A stretch of 62,907 bases of DNA, filler included, from Polymyxa betae A26-41 (lineage: Eukaryota; Protista; Endomyxa: Phytomyxea): NCBI GenBank assembly GCA_003693705.1. It is 7 parts of 7 records of this genome, joined end to end, with 100 filler letters (N's around TTAATTAATTAA, not from the genome) between each part and the next. Parts side by side here need not be neighbours in the genome. Positions count along the whole stretch, not along the records: positions 54,626 to 62,907 come from RBZT01000384.1; 6 more parts are not named here. One strand, given 5' to 3'. Position numbers and translations under genes: made by a program. Shown here piece by piece: positions 62,479 through 62,907 of this stretch (the stretch's first letter is position 1; every line of letters starts with the position of its first letter). A model generated the notes under the pieces. It ran no database searches and was not told the DNA's origin. It was given only the letters and a program-made list of their open reading frames with translations.

Positions 62479-62907
62479 ATATCTGACCCTTCCCACAATG
62501 GGTCCCCGACCTGATAACTCAGTCTATTGGCGACCTGACTGAAATATGCGTAAGCAAAAGTAAAAAAGTGCAATGTTTCTAATAAGACTTTCTCATATAA
62601 GCCCTGAACCGTGATTTGGGATGCCTAAGACCCTGACACTGGAAATCGTTCTTCCCAGGGTCTTATAGGAGCATTCCCTGAACTAATGCTATATGACTAT
62701 ATTCGATAGCGTAAACATGCCCTCGCCGTCGACTTGAAAGTTCAATTTCACAATTGAAGCAGTTTTAATGCATACTGTACTGAATCGAAGTTGCGAAGGA
62801 TGTGCTTTTACATAGTAGAAGGTCGTTTCATTGTCGAAATCGTCATCGGTGAAAAACGCTTTCGATTAGGTCTTGCTGCATTCTTTGAGCTACAGAAGGA
62901 CCCATTA

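Overview
Eukaryotic genomic DNA, rich in transposons, with short GT-AG introns, a tRNA-Val(AAC) gene and TTTAGGG-like motifs. The lineage cannot be fixed from the sequence; a protist such as a plasmodiophorid is only a guess. The window is several contigs joined by artificial N-TTAATTAATTAA-N linkers, so adjacency across linkers is not evidence. Host genes include a Zn2Cys6 protein, a frameshifted secreted double-F-box protein, a PA-domain 7TM protein, a GRDP-ubiquitin-like fusion, a cluster of very acidic secreted proteins, a histidine phosphatase-like protein lacking the HD motif and a decayed topoisomerase II. Mobile DNA includes Gypsy, Copia, DIRS/Ngaro, hAT, PIF/Harbinger, MITEs and a four-level nested insertion. 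The most striking feature is a ~2.26 kb element (21377-23635) inside a Gypsy gag gene. It encodes an intron-containing CRESS-DNA-virus Rep (HUH endonuclease plus SF3 helicase) and a second spliced ORF, with no recognisable capsid. It ends exactly at the rolling-circle nick site TAGTATT^, has GGAGC at both junctions, and removing it restores the gag frame. It is a candidate Rep-mobilised rolling-circle transposon or a Rep-integrated endogenous virus/satellite.
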